Source of the DNA: an uncultured Gemmatimonadales bacterium
GTDB lineage: Bacteria > Gemmatimonadota > Gemmatimonadetes > Gemmatimonadales > GWC2-71-9
Assembly: GCA_963779755.1 (NCBI GenBank)
Contig: CAVZZO010000003.1
Coordinates: 1,536,001 to 1,600,000 of the forward strand
DNA: 64,000 bases
Direction of reading: 5' to 3'
Both the position numbers and the translations under genes were made by a program. The notes beneath the pieces are model-generated. The model was not told the DNA's origin. It ran no database searches and was given only the letters and a program-made list of their open reading frames with translations. This document shows, in pieces, positions 19,996 to 29,367 of the stretch (position 1 is the first letter of the stretch; each line of letters begins with the position of its first letter).

Positions 19996-20688
19996 ATGTT
20001 CCGAGCACTGAAGGGCACATTCGCACTCCTCGCCGCCTCGTCGCTGCTGGCCGTTCCGGCACAGGCGCAGAGCTTCGAGGGTGTGGTGAATTACACGATC
20101 ACGAGCGGCAAGGGTCAGACGATGGACATGACCTATATGATGAAAGGCGACAAGATCCGGCAGGTGATGCACACGCAGGGCCAGGAAGTGGCCATGCTCA
20201 TGGACCTCGGCAGTCATACCATGACCATGGTCATGCCTTCGCAGCAGGCCTACATGACGATGGACATGAACCACATGGCGCAGATGGCGCCGGGCATGCA
20301 GCACCAGTCCTCCGAGCCGCCCAAGATCACCGCCACCGGCAAGACTGAAACGGTCGCCGGGCACAAGTGCGAGCACTACCTGGTGGGCGAGGAGCAGAAC
20401 GTGGATATCTGCGTGGCCAAGGGAATGGGCTACTACATGTCGGGCAACGGCGTGCGGGGCCACGGCATGGGCGATATGCCCTCCGGCGCCAATCTCGACG
20501 CCTGGAAGAAGGTGTTCAAGGACGGGTTCTTCCCGCTCAAGATGGAAATGAAGGACCAGAACGGGATGACCATGGAAGCGACCAGCATCGAGTCCAAGTC
20601 GCTCCCCGACAGCCTCTTCGCCCCTCCCTCGGGCTATCGCCAGATGCAGATGCCGGCCGGCATGCCCAGCGGAATGCAGAAGCCGTAA
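19996..20688 (+). CDS. Secreted DUF4412-like protein
   Basis: Signal peptide (AQA|QSFEG), TGKTETVAGHKCEHY, GFFPLK and LPDSLFAPPSGY. Met-rich. Confidence 0.75.
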   Translation: MFRALKGTFALLAASSLLAVPAQAQSFEGVVNYTITSGKGQTMDMTYMMKGDKIRQVMHTQGQEVAMLMDLGSHTMTMVMPSQQAYMTMDMNHMAQMAPGMQHQSSEPPKITATGKTETVAGHKCEHYLVGEEQNVDICVAKGMGYYMSGNGVRGHGMGDMPSGANLDAWKKVFKDGFFPLKMEMKDQNGMTMEATSIESKSLPDSLFAPPSGYRQMQMPAGMPSGMQKP

Positions 20689-20689
20689 G

Positions 20690-20776
20690 AGGAACGGGAA
20701 GAGGGAAGCGGGAAACGGGAAGAGGCGCCATCCTCTTCCCGTTTCCCGTTTCCCGTTTCCCGTTTCCCGTTTCCCG
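20690..20776. repeat. Inverted heptamer array (cgggaaa/tttcccg) between convergent genes, possible bidirectional terminator
   Basis: gggaagcgggaaacgggaagagg ... cctcttcccgtttcccgtttccc. Confidence 0.75.
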
Positions 20777-20781
20777 AAGTG

Positions 20782-22083
20782 CTAGACCTGCTCGGCGACC
20801 TTGCTTTCGGCTTCCCGCTTCAGTCCCAGGATGATCCGGCTCCCCCGATGCCGGGTGAAGTACTCGTTCGCCCACTGGAGCAGCACCAGCAGCCGGTTCT
20901 CGAAATCCACCAGGTAGAACAGGTGGACCCCGACCCACAGGAGCCAGGCGGGCAGGCCCCAGAACTTGAGGCCGCGGAAGTTGGCGACGGCGGCCGAGCG
21001 GCCGATGGTCGCCAGACTGCCCTTGTCGAAGTAGCGGAACGGCCCGGTCGAGCGGCCGCGAAGCCGCTGCTGAATGAGCCGGGCGACAAAGCGGCCCTGC
21101 TGCAATGCGGCCGTGGCGACGCAGGGAATCGGCTGCCCTTTGTGCTCCACATGCGCCAGGTCGCCGATCACCATGATTTCGGGGCGGCCATCAACGGTCA
21201 GATCGGGATTCACCCGCACCCGCCCCATCTCGTCCAGCTCGCAACCGGTGGCCTCCGCCAGCGCGCGGCCCAGCGGCGAGCCGCGCACGCCGGCCGCCCA
21301 GAACACGTTCCGGCTGGCGATCCGCTCGTGCCGTCCCTCCGTAGACACGATGACGCCCTGCTCGTCCACTCCGGTCACCCACACCCCGGTGCGTACTTCG
21401 ATGCCCAGTCGAACCAGCTTCTCGCGGGCGTGGCGCGAGAGCACCGGGGGGAACGAGGGCAGGACATCGGGAGTCGCATCCAGCAGTACGATGCGGGTAA
21501 GCCGGGGATCGAAATGCCGGAACTCGCCGCTCAGGGTGTGGTGCGCCAGCTCGCCCAGCGAACCGGAGAGTTCGACGCCCGTCGGCCCCGCGCCCACCAC
21601 CACGAAGGTGAGCCACGCCGCCCGCTCCAGCGGGTCGGGCTCCCGTTCGGCCGACTCGAAGGCGCCCAGAACCCGGTTCCGGATGTCCACCGCGTCTTCC
21701 AGGCTCTTGAGCCCGGGCGCGATCGCCGCCCATTCGTTGTTGCCGAAATAGTCGTTGCGCACCCCGGCGGCGACGATGAGGGAATCATACTCGACCACCC
21801 CGTCACGCAGCAGCAGGCGCCGGTGCGCCGCGTCGATGTCCGTCACCTCGCCCAGGATGACCTGCGCGTTGGCCAGGCGTTTGAGCTCGGCCCGCAGCGG
21901 CGACGCGATATCGCCGGTGCCCAGCCCGCCGGTGGCAACCTGATAGAGCAACGGCTGAAACAGGTGGAAATTGCGGCGGTCGATGAGCGTGATCTCCACC
22001 GGGGCGCGCGACAGGGCCCGGGCGGCGTAGAGCCCTCCCACCCCTCCCCCCACAATGACGACGTGGTGCGCGCGATCGGTCAT
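20782..22083 (-). CDS. ndh: Type II NADH dehydrogenase (NDH-2)
   Basis: VVIVGGGVGG, FQPLLYQVATG, VVGAGPTGVE, WAAGV, IGD, A-QQG and F-YFDKGSLATIG. Confidence 0.93.
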   Translation of the reverse strand: MTDRAHHVVIVGGGVGGLYAARALSRAPVEITLIDRRNFHLFQPLLYQVATGGLGTGDIASPLRAELKRLANAQVILGEVTDIDAAHRRLLLRDGVVEYDSLIVAAGVRNDYFGNNEWAAIAPGLKSLEDAVDIRNRVLGAFESAEREPDPLERAAWLTFVVVGAGPTGVELSGSLGELAHHTLSGEFRHFDPRLTRIVLLDATPDVLPSFPPVLSRHAREKLVRLGIEVRTGVWVTGVDEQGVIVSTEGRHERIASRNVFWAAGVRGSPLGRALAEATGCELDEMGRVRVNPDLTVDGRPEIMVIGDLAHVEHKGQPIPCVATAALQQGRFVARLIQQRLRGRSTGPFRYFDKGSLATIGRSAAVANFRGLKFWGLPAWLLWVGVHLFYLVDFENRLLVLLQWANEYFTRHRGSRIILGLKREAESKVAEQV

Positions 22084-22228
22084 ACCAAGCCAAAGGCCCG
22101 AGGACTGAGAACTGAGAACCGAGCATCAAGAAGCAAGATCGGATGCGGCGGCTGGCGGGGCAAGCACTGTGAAGGAGGTTTATGACTGTTTTTACTGCGG
22201 GAAGGGGAGCCGGGAAACGGGTGTTTCC

Positions 22229-23641
22229 CTATTCCCGGTTCCCCGTATTCCCGGCCAGTAACTTCTCGATATCAAACTTCCCTGCCGCCGCCCGGGTCGA
22301 CATGGAGCGGACGGTTCCGTATACCGGCCGGCGGTAGAATGGACGGTCAAAGCGGCCGAAACACCAGTGAACCCCCGCGTAGCTGTTGGGATCCCTCCCA
22401 TCCAGCGCGTACTTGTCGTTGAGCTCGCGCAGCACACGGAAGGCATGCCGCCAGCCGCGGGTCCATTGCATCACCGTCTTGCCCCACAGCATGCGCAGGT
22501 AGTTGTGCATGTATCCCTCCCGCAGGTAACTCCGCTGGGCGTAGTTCCACAGCTCATCCTCGGTCGCGGCCCTCTCCAGCTCCGCGCGGGTGTAGACCGC
22601 GGGTCGCGGATCGGCGGAGTGGTCGTCCAGCTCTTTGCGGGCCCAGCCGGGCACCGCCGAGGCGCTCCGGTGCCGGGAGTCCCGCCAGGCGAAATTGCTG
22701 GCCAGTTCACGCCAGACCAGCGCCTGGTCCTGAAACTTCTCATACTGGGCGGAGGGGCCGGCCTCACGGGCGCGCAACAGAACTTCCTGTATGCTGATGT
22801 TGCCGAAGTGGAGGTAGGGGCTGAGCCGGCTGGTGGCTTCCGGCTGGTTGGGGTCCCCCCGGCCCTCGGCGTACTTGGGCAGCCCGCGCTCGAGAAAGCG
22901 CTCCAGCCGGAGGCGGGCCTCGGCCATGCCGCCCCGGAAGGAGGGGGAAGGGGCGACGGCGTGGTCGATGGCGCAGGATTGCAGCAGACGGCCGATCGCC
23001 GGGTCCCCTTTCCCGATTGCCCGCAGATCCAACGCGTCAAACCCCGGGTCCACTCTGCGCCTGGTCCTGGGCTCCACATCTCCCACCGGATGGAGATGAT
23101 GCGGCAGGAGTGCATGCAACCGGGGCCGAATGGCCCGCGCAGAGCTGAACGCCTGGTCGAAGGCCGCCAGCGGAACCACTCCCAGCGAGTCCACGGCCGT
23201 CACCGGTGCGTCGGTCCTCCGCGCCAGGCCGGCGGTCTGGTCGGGAATTATGAAGGTGGGAAAGAAGTCGGTGACAACGAGGGCGGCGCGCCGGGCCAGG
23301 CGAACCAGGGGTGAAGCGTGAGAGCTTTCGGAACCCCCACCGGCTACACTGCGAGTATCCAGATAAAAGACATACTGGATACCACGCTGCTCGAAGGCGC
23401 GATGGAGATCGAGGGCCGATTCAATAATGAAGGCATGGATCCGGTCGCTGGCATGGGGATAGTCGTGGCGCAGGCCGTGATAGACCAGCACGGGGAGCCC
23501 CAGCGCATTCGCCTGCTCCACCGCGTAATTGAGCGCGAAGTTGTCGTGGGCGCGGAGGGTGGTCTGCGTCCAGTAGAGGACGAAGTCCCCCTTCAAATAC
23601 CGCGACGCCTGTCCTATGAAATGAAGGCGCTGGCCATGCAT
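22229..23641 (-). CDS. Deoxyribodipyrimidine photolyase (class II-like)
   Basis: VLYW----R--DN-AL, SRLSPYLHFG, VWRELA-NF, GYMHNYLRMLWGK and LNDKYALDGRDPNSY. Confidence 0.9.
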   Translation of the reverse strand: MHGQRLHFIGQASRYLKGDFVLYWTQTTLRAHDNFALNYAVEQANALGLPVLVYHGLRHDYPHASDRIHAFIIESALDLHRAFEQRGIQYVFYLDTRSVAGGGSESSHASPLVRLARRAALVVTDFFPTFIIPDQTAGLARRTDAPVTAVDSLGVVPLAAFDQAFSSARAIRPRLHALLPHHLHPVGDVEPRTRRRVDPGFDALDLRAIGKGDPAIGRLLQSCAIDHAVAPSPSFRGGMAEARLRLERFLERGLPKYAEGRGDPNQPEATSRLSPYLHFGNISIQEVLLRAREAGPSAQYEKFQDQALVWRELASNFAWRDSRHRSASAVPGWARKELDDHSADPRPAVYTRAELERAATEDELWNYAQRSYLREGYMHNYLRMLWGKTVMQWTRGWRHAFRVLRELNDKYALDGRDPNSYAGVHWCFGRFDRPFYRRPVYGTVRSMSTRAAAGKFDIEKLLAGNTGNRE

Positions 23642-23736
23642 CAGGACAGGGAAACGGGAAAAGGGAAACGGAGAAAAGTACAGTTTCGCGTAAAAATGAT
23701 GCCACCATTTCCGCTGGCGCGTAGAATACTGGCTGC

Positions 23737-24099
23737 ATGAAGGATCATCGTTCTCTCAGGGCATGGCAGGAGGCTCGGCAGGTTTCGTTGCTGGCGCTGC
23801 ATCTGGCCCGCGATCACTGGAAGCCGTGGGCCTCGGCTCTGTTCTACCAACTCCAACGAGCCTCCCTGTCTGTTCAGCTGAACATTGCTGAAGGGGCCAC
23901 CTTCAACCGGTCACCCACCTACACCAGGCACCTGGGAATCGCCTACGGCTCCCTGGTCGAAACCAGGGAGATCATCGAATTAGCCGTCGACGCCGGGGTC
24001 ATTTCGCGTGCGTCCGCAGCAGGCATCCGGAGTCATCTCACCGAAGCGCAGCGCCTACTGATCGGCTTGCTCAAGAGACATCGCCCCATGCGTTCCTAG
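23737..24099 (+). CDS. Four-helix-bundle protein (23S rRNA IVP/Avd-like family)
   Basis: L-AWQ-A ... QL-RASLSV-LNIAEG ... L-IAYGSL-E. Confidence 0.88.
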   Translation: MKDHRSLRAWQEARQVSLLALHLARDHWKPWASALFYQLQRASLSVQLNIAEGATFNRSPTYTRHLGIAYGSLVETREIIELAVDAGVISRASAAGIRSHLTEAQRLLIGLLKRHRPMRS

Positions 24100-24258
24100 G
24101 ATCGCCTTGCCGCTTCCCGGTTCCCTTTTCCCTATTCCCCCATCTCCCACTCCCTACCCGGTATCCCGGTTTCGGTTCCCCCGGCTTGACCTCCCCGCCC
24201 CGGGGCCCTACCGTGCAATTGTAGGGGAAATGACGACACGAGCGGCCTGGAGGTGCGC

Positions 24259-24705
24259 ATGAACAAAAAGGATGCAGCACTGCTGGGGGGGCTCGGCCTG
24301 GGGGCGTTCAGCCTCGGGGCCTTGACGATGTTTCTGATGGATCCCAAGCGGGGACGGCGCCGCCGGGCTCTGGCCCGCGGCAGGCTGGCCCGGGCAACCC
24401 ACGAGGTGCGCGACGGCGTATCCGGCACCATGCACGACCTCCGCAACCGGGCCCGGGGTCTCCTGGCGGAAACCCGCGCCGAGATAGAGGAGTCGGACGT
24501 GCCGGACGAAGTGCTGATCGAGCGGGTCCGCAGCGCCCTGGGCCATGTGGTTCCGCACGCCGGCCGGCTGGAGCTGAACGCCTACCACGGCAACGTCAAG
24601 ATCCGCGGGCAGGTGCCGGAAGACGAAAAGCCGGGCCTGCTGCGGACGGTGCGCAGGGTGCGGGGGGTGGAGCAGGTCGAAGACATGGTAGGGACCTGGC
24701 ACTGA
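24259..24705 (+). CDS. BON-domain membrane-anchored protein
   Basis: N-terminal TM with DP-RG-RRR, then D--L--RVRS-LG ... GNV-IRG-V ... V-GV--V-D. Confidence 0.8.
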   Translation: MNKKDAALLGGLGLGAFSLGALTMFLMDPKRGRRRRALARGRLARATHEVRDGVSGTMHDLRNRARGLLAETRAEIEESDVPDEVLIERVRSALGHVVPHAGRLELNAYHGNVKIRGQVPEDEKPGLLRTVRRVRGVEQVEDMVGTWH

Positions 24706-24790
24706 ACCTCGGGGAAGGGGAAAAAAAGGGGAAGGGGTAGAGCGACTCGCCCTTTCCCCTTTCCCTTTTCCCCTTTCCCGGTTCCTTCGC

Positions 24791-25711
24791 CTATTCCCCG
24801 TCGGCAAACCTCACTTCGATCTCCATCCCGTCCCGCGCGATCACCGTTTCCGGGAAGATCGCCCGGGCTTCTTTCAGCAGATCGCCCGCGTCCAGGCTGT
24901 AGCGCGGGCTGATATGGGTGAGCGCCAGCCGGCGCACCCCGGCCGTCCGCGCCACCTCGGCCGCTTCACGGGCGGTGGAGTGCCCGGTCTCCTTCGCCCG
25001 GTCGATCTCCAGGTCCTGGAAGGTGGCCTCGTGCACCAGCAGGTCCGCGCCCCGCGCCGCCTCGGTGACGGCCCGCGTCGGCCTGGTGTCGCCGGTGTAG
25101 ACCACGGTGCGGCCCGGCCGGGGATCGCCGACCAGATCCTGCGGCCCCACCCGGCGGCCGTCCGGCAGTTCCACCGTCTCGCCCCGGTGCAACCGGCCCC
25201 AGAGCGGTCCTTCGGGGATCCCCAGCGCGCGCGCTTTTTCCGGATCGAAGCGGCCCAGCCGCTGGTGCTCCGCCAGGGCATAGCCCACCGTGTCGGCGCG
25301 GTGCTCAGTCGGGAAGACGCGGATGTCGTACTCCTCCCGCGCCAGCACCTGTCCCGGCTGGAGCTCGATGACCTCGATGGGAAACTTGTTGCGCTCGATC
25401 CCCACGCTCAGCGCGCCGCCCAGGATGCGCTCCGCCCCGCGGGGTCCGTAGAGCGTCATCGGCTCGCTGCGGTCCATCAGGCCCAGCGTGCGCACCAGGC
25501 CGATCACGCCCAGGAAATGGTCGGAGTGAAAATGGCTGAAGAAGATCTCGCGGAAGGAGAAGCCCACCCCGTAGCGCATCATCTGCCGCTGGGTGCCCTC
25601 GCCGCAATCGAAGAGGAGCGTCTCCCCTTCGCGCGCAAGCGCAATGCCGGCGACGTTGCGCTCGACGGTGGGGCAGGCGGCGGAGGTGCCGAGGAAGGTA
25701 AGAGTCAGCAT
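24791..25711 (-). CDS. rnz: Ribonuclease Z
   Basis: FLGTSAACPT-ERN, LFDCGEGTQRQ, SHFHSDH, GP exosite arm, YTGDT, HEATF, HST and LTHIS-RY. Confidence 0.95.
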   Translation of the reverse strand: MLTLTFLGTSAACPTVERNVAGIALAREGETLLFDCGEGTQRQMMRYGVGFSFREIFFSHFHSDHFLGVIGLVRTLGLMDRSEPMTLYGPRGAERILGGALSVGIERNKFPIEVIELQPGQVLAREEYDIRVFPTEHRADTVGYALAEHQRLGRFDPEKARALGIPEGPLWGRLHRGETVELPDGRRVGPQDLVGDPRPGRTVVYTGDTRPTRAVTEAARGADLLVHEATFQDLEIDRAKETGHSTAREAAEVARTAGVRRLALTHISPRYSLDAGDLLKEARAIFPETVIARDGMEIEVRFADGE

Positions 25712-25760
25712 CCGGTAGGAATCAGGAACAGGGAATCAGGAATCCGGGAGGAAGCAGGAG

Positions 25761-26411
25761 TCAGGAACCTGATTCCCGGTTCCCGGGCCCTGGTCCCTCC
25801 TGCGCTATCCGCTCGATCTTGCGCACCACCCGCTCCAGTTCTTCCACCAGCCGGCTCTCGCGTCCCGCCAGTGCCTGGCGCAACGAAGTGAGCAGCCCGC
25901 GATAGAACCAGAGCTGCTGGGCCTCGCCGGCGTGGAACCGGTGCCACACGCCCGGCCCGATGCGGCGGAAATCGCCCAGAATGGACCAGGCGTTGTGCAG
26001 CTTGTCGGCCGCCACCACCCGGACCACATCCAGCGGAGCCTCGGCCAGGTGCCGGAGGTGCTGCTCCTTGCGGGCGTGCCACTCCGCCTTGGGATCGCCG
26101 TTGGCGGCCTGAGGATCGGAATCGGTGCAGGCCAGCACAATGCGGTGCACCCGGTCGCCGAACTGGGCGCGGATCTCCTCCTGGGTCTTGCCGTCGGCCG
26201 GCCGGTCTTCCACGGCATCGTGCAGCAGCGCGGCGATCGCCTCGTCTTCGTCGCCCCCATCCTCCAGCACCAGCGACGCCACCCCCAGCAGATGCCCGAT
26301 ATACGGCGTGGCCGCGGGACCCTTGCGGACCTGGGTTGCGTGCAGCTGGCTGGCATAGACCAGCGCCTCCTGGAACCGGCCGGAGAGAACGGTGGTGGAG
26401 GGGCGGGACAT
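25761..26411 (-). CDS. HD-domain hydrolase (RelA/SpoT HD-only, small alarmone hydrolase-like)
   Basis: H--Q-RKG----PYI-H, AALLHDAVED and ADKLHN. Confidence 0.85.
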   Translation of the reverse strand: MSRPSTTVLSGRFQEALVYASQLHATQVRKGPAATPYIGHLLGVASLVLEDGGDEDEAIAALLHDAVEDRPADGKTQEEIRAQFGDRVHRIVLACTDSDPQAANGDPKAEWHARKEQHLRHLAEAPLDVVRVVAADKLHNAWSILGDFRRIGPGVWHRFHAGEAQQLWFYRGLLTSLRQALAGRESRLVEELERVVRKIERIAQEGPGPGNRESGS

Positions 26412-26574
26412 GGTCCAATATACCCCACCCCACCCGACCGCCCCATGGTAAGGCGTGAGGCGTAAGACGTGAGGTGTCAAACCGTCGTTCGCCCTGCCGG
26501 CAGTAGCTGCGCCACGCTGGCGGCTGCGGGGCCAGGGCGTACATTGGGATTACCCCCCGCAAAGGTGTTGCCGC

Positions 26575-29367
26575 GTGCCCGCTTCCGTCCTGGAGCGCCT
26601 GCGCACCGCCCTCGCTCCGCACTACAGTGTCGAGCGGGAGCTGGCCAGCGGGGGCATGGGCACGGTCTTCCTGGGCCGTGATCAGGGGCTCGACCGTCCC
26701 GTGGCGATCAAGCTGCTACGGCCGGAGCTGGCCACCGCGGCGCACGCCGAGCGCTTCCTGCGGGAGGCGCGCGTCCTGGCGCGCCTGAGCCATCCCAACA
26801 TCGTCCCCATCCACGACGTGGGCGAGGCGGACGGCCTCTACTACTACATCATGGATTATCTGACGGGCGAGACGCTGTACCAGCGCCTCACCCGCGGGGG
26901 CCTGTCGCCGGCGGAAACAACCAGCCTCGCCCTGGACCTGCTCGCCGCCCTGGACGCGGCGCACCGGCGGGGGGTGGTCCACCGCGATCTCAAGCCGGGC
27001 AACATCTTCCTGGTCGAGGGCCGCGGCATGCTGACCGATTTCGGCGTCGCCAAGTCGCTCGATCCGGCGGAGAGTTCCATCACCGCCAGCGGGACCAATC
27101 CCGGGACGCTGGCGTACATGGCGCCGGAGCAGCTCAGCGGCGGGGCCATCACGCCCCGCACCGATCTCTACGCCCTGGGGATCGTCATGTTCGAGGCGCT
27201 GACCGGGCGGCGCTGGTGGATCCGCGACCAGCGGCAGCAGACCGACTGGTCCGGCGTACCGGCGCCGCTGGGACGGATCCTGCGGAAGGCGCTCGCCTGG
27301 AAACCGGAGGACCGCTGGGCCAGCGCCGCTGAGTTCCGCGCCGCGCTCCGGGCCCGGTCCGGCCCACCGCGACGAAGCCGGGTACTCTGGGTCCTCGGCG
27401 CCGCCACCGTGCTGGTGCTGGGTCTGTGGTGGCTGCGGCCCCCGGCCCAGCCCCCCCGGCTGGCGGCCATCCTGCCGTTTCAAGCCGGTCCGGGCGTAGA
27501 CAGCGTGCTGGCAGCCAACCTGACGGCCCTTGTGGTGGACGAGCTGCACGACGCGCTCCCTCTCTACAGCGACCGGCAATCCGAGCTCTACGCCGCCCAG
27601 ATCGTCCGCGATTCCGGCCGGTCCCGGGGGCTGAGCGCCGTCATCACCGCCCGGCTCGTGGGCCGGCCCGACAGCCTGCGGCTGCGACTCACCATCCTGC
27701 AGCCCGGCGGGGCGGCCCTCCGGCTGCGGGACATACTGGGCGACAGTTCCGGCCGGTACAGCATGAGCTTCGGCGCGGCCAGGGAGATCATGTTCGCCCT
27801 GGTTCCGGAGCTCCATGGGTTCGATCCCCGGAGGGGCTTCAGCCAGGTCCCGCGCGCCTTGAGCAGCTTCGCCGAAGGCATCCGGGCCTTCCGGCAGGAC
27901 CGCTGGAAGGAGGCGCAGCGAGCCTTCGAGGAGGCGCTGGGCATCGATTCCAATTTCGCCATGGCCTCGTGGCGGCTGGTGAACGTGCGCCGCTGGCGCC
28001 GGATACCCTTCGGCGTCGATGTGCGCCGGCTCTATCAGGAGCATGGGAGCGAGTTTGGCGAGAAAGACCAGCTCCTGATCCGGGCGCAGACCGAACCTGA
28101 CCTGAAGGCGCGCTTCGCCGATTACCAGCTGGCGGTAGACCGGTATCCCTACGACGGCTACGCCGCCCTGCTCTACGCCGACGAGCTGTTTCACCGCGGG
28201 CCGCTGGCGGGGCGCGGCCTCACCGAGGCACTGAACATGTTCGAGCATGCGGTGCGGGTGGACTCCCTCCTCGCCCCGGCCTACGACCATATCATCTGGG
28301 GCTACTCCCGGCTGGGCGACCGCGCCGCCGCCCAATCCGCCTACCAGCGCATGAAGCAGGTCGTGCCCCGGTCGCGAGGGGGCGGCGATCTCGACCTGAC
28401 ACTGCTGATGGGCCTGGTGCTGCGCGAGCGCTTCGCGCCGGACTCCCGCGTCGCCTTCGGGCATTGGGAGGACACGGCCGCGGTGAAGGACCTCATCGAG
28501 TCGTTCCGCTGGGGCATCGCGTTCGATATTCCACGGGCCCAGCTGAAGTACGGGCGCATCATTGCCTCCCGCATTCCCTATCCCGAGGTCCGGGCCAGCG
28601 GCCACAACGGCGAAGCGATCGCGCTGATCGCGCTGGGGCGGCCCGCCGCGGCGTTCGCGCAGTTCGACAGTGCCTACCGGATTCTCCAATCCCCCGCGTC
28701 CGACCTTCTGCGCGCCGAGTGGCGCGTACTGCCCGCGGCGCTCGGCCTGCTGCCGCGCGATACGGCCGAGGAAGCACGGGGACGCCGGTGGCTGGCCAGC
28801 GATCCCCTGAGCTTCCGGGCGCAGTGGGCGCTGGCGGTGGCCGACCTGATGGCGGGCGACAGCGGGGCCGCAAGCATGCATGCGGCCCGCGTGAAGGACC
28901 AGGCCGCCACCGACCAGCGCGCGCAGCGGCTGGCGCAGCTCTTCGCGGCCCTCGAGTCCGGGCACCGCGGCCGGTACGATGAAGCCCTCGCCATCTCCGA
29001 GCCGCTGCTGCAGTGGGATTCCGGCGGCCGCAGCGGCGACCCTTTCGCCCGCGCCATACTGCACCTCGCGCGCGGCCAGTGGCTGGACCGCATGGGCCGG
29101 CCGAAGCAGGCGTACAGCGAATGGCTCTGGCACGACAACACCGATCTCGAAGGCTGGCCCGTGCACGAAGTACAGGCGGGCGAAGTGGACTGGTCGTTCG
29201 GCACGCTGGGGCGGCTCTGGCAGGCGCGCGCCCTGCTGGCCACCGGCCGGACGGCCGAAGCCTGTCGTCCGCTGCACCGCGTCCTGGAGCTCTGGTCCGA
29301 TGCCGAGCCGGCCCTGCGCCCCCGGGTGGATTCGGCCCGCGCCCTGGCCCGCAAGTGCCCGCCGTGA
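26575..29367 (+). CDS. Hanks Ser/Thr kinase with TM segment and TolB-N/TPR-like C-terminal region
   Basis: LASGGMG-V, VAIK, HRDLKPGN, DFG and YMAPE. TM near aa 270-287. Confidence 0.92.
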   Translation: MPASVLERLRTALAPHYSVERELASGGMGTVFLGRDQGLDRPVAIKLLRPELATAAHAERFLREARVLARLSHPNIVPIHDVGEADGLYYYIMDYLTGETLYQRLTRGGLSPAETTSLALDLLAALDAAHRRGVVHRDLKPGNIFLVEGRGMLTDFGVAKSLDPAESSITASGTNPGTLAYMAPEQLSGGAITPRTDLYALGIVMFEALTGRRWWIRDQRQQTDWSGVPAPLGRILRKALAWKPEDRWASAAEFRAALRARSGPPRRSRVLWVLGAATVLVLGLWWLRPPAQPPRLAAILPFQAGPGVDSVLAANLTALVVDELHDALPLYSDRQSELYAAQIVRDSGRSRGLSAVITARLVGRPDSLRLRLTILQPGGAALRLRDILGDSSGRYSMSFGAAREIMFALVPELHGFDPRRGFSQVPRALSSFAEGIRAFRQDRWKEAQRAFEEALGIDSNFAMASWRLVNVRRWRRIPFGVDVRRLYQEHGSEFGEKDQLLIRAQTEPDLKARFADYQLAVDRYPYDGYAALLYADELFHRGPLAGRGLTEALNMFEHAVRVDSLLAPAYDHIIWGYSRLGDRAAAQSAYQRMKQVVPRSRGGGDLDLTLLMGLVLRERFAPDSRVAFGHWEDTAAVKDLIESFRWGIAFDIPRAQLKYGRIIASRIPYPEVRASGHNGEAIALIALGRPAAAFAQFDSAYRILQSPASDLLRAEWRVLPAALGLLPRDTAEEARGRRWLASDPLSFRAQWALAVADLMAGDSGAASMHAARVKDQAATDQRAQRLAQLFAALESGHRGRYDEALAISEPLLQWDSGGRSGDPFARAILHLARGQWLDRMGRPKQAYSEWLWHDNTDLEGWPVHEVQAGEVDWSFGTLGRLWQARALLATGRTAEACRPLHRVLELWSDAEPALRPRVDSARALARKCPP

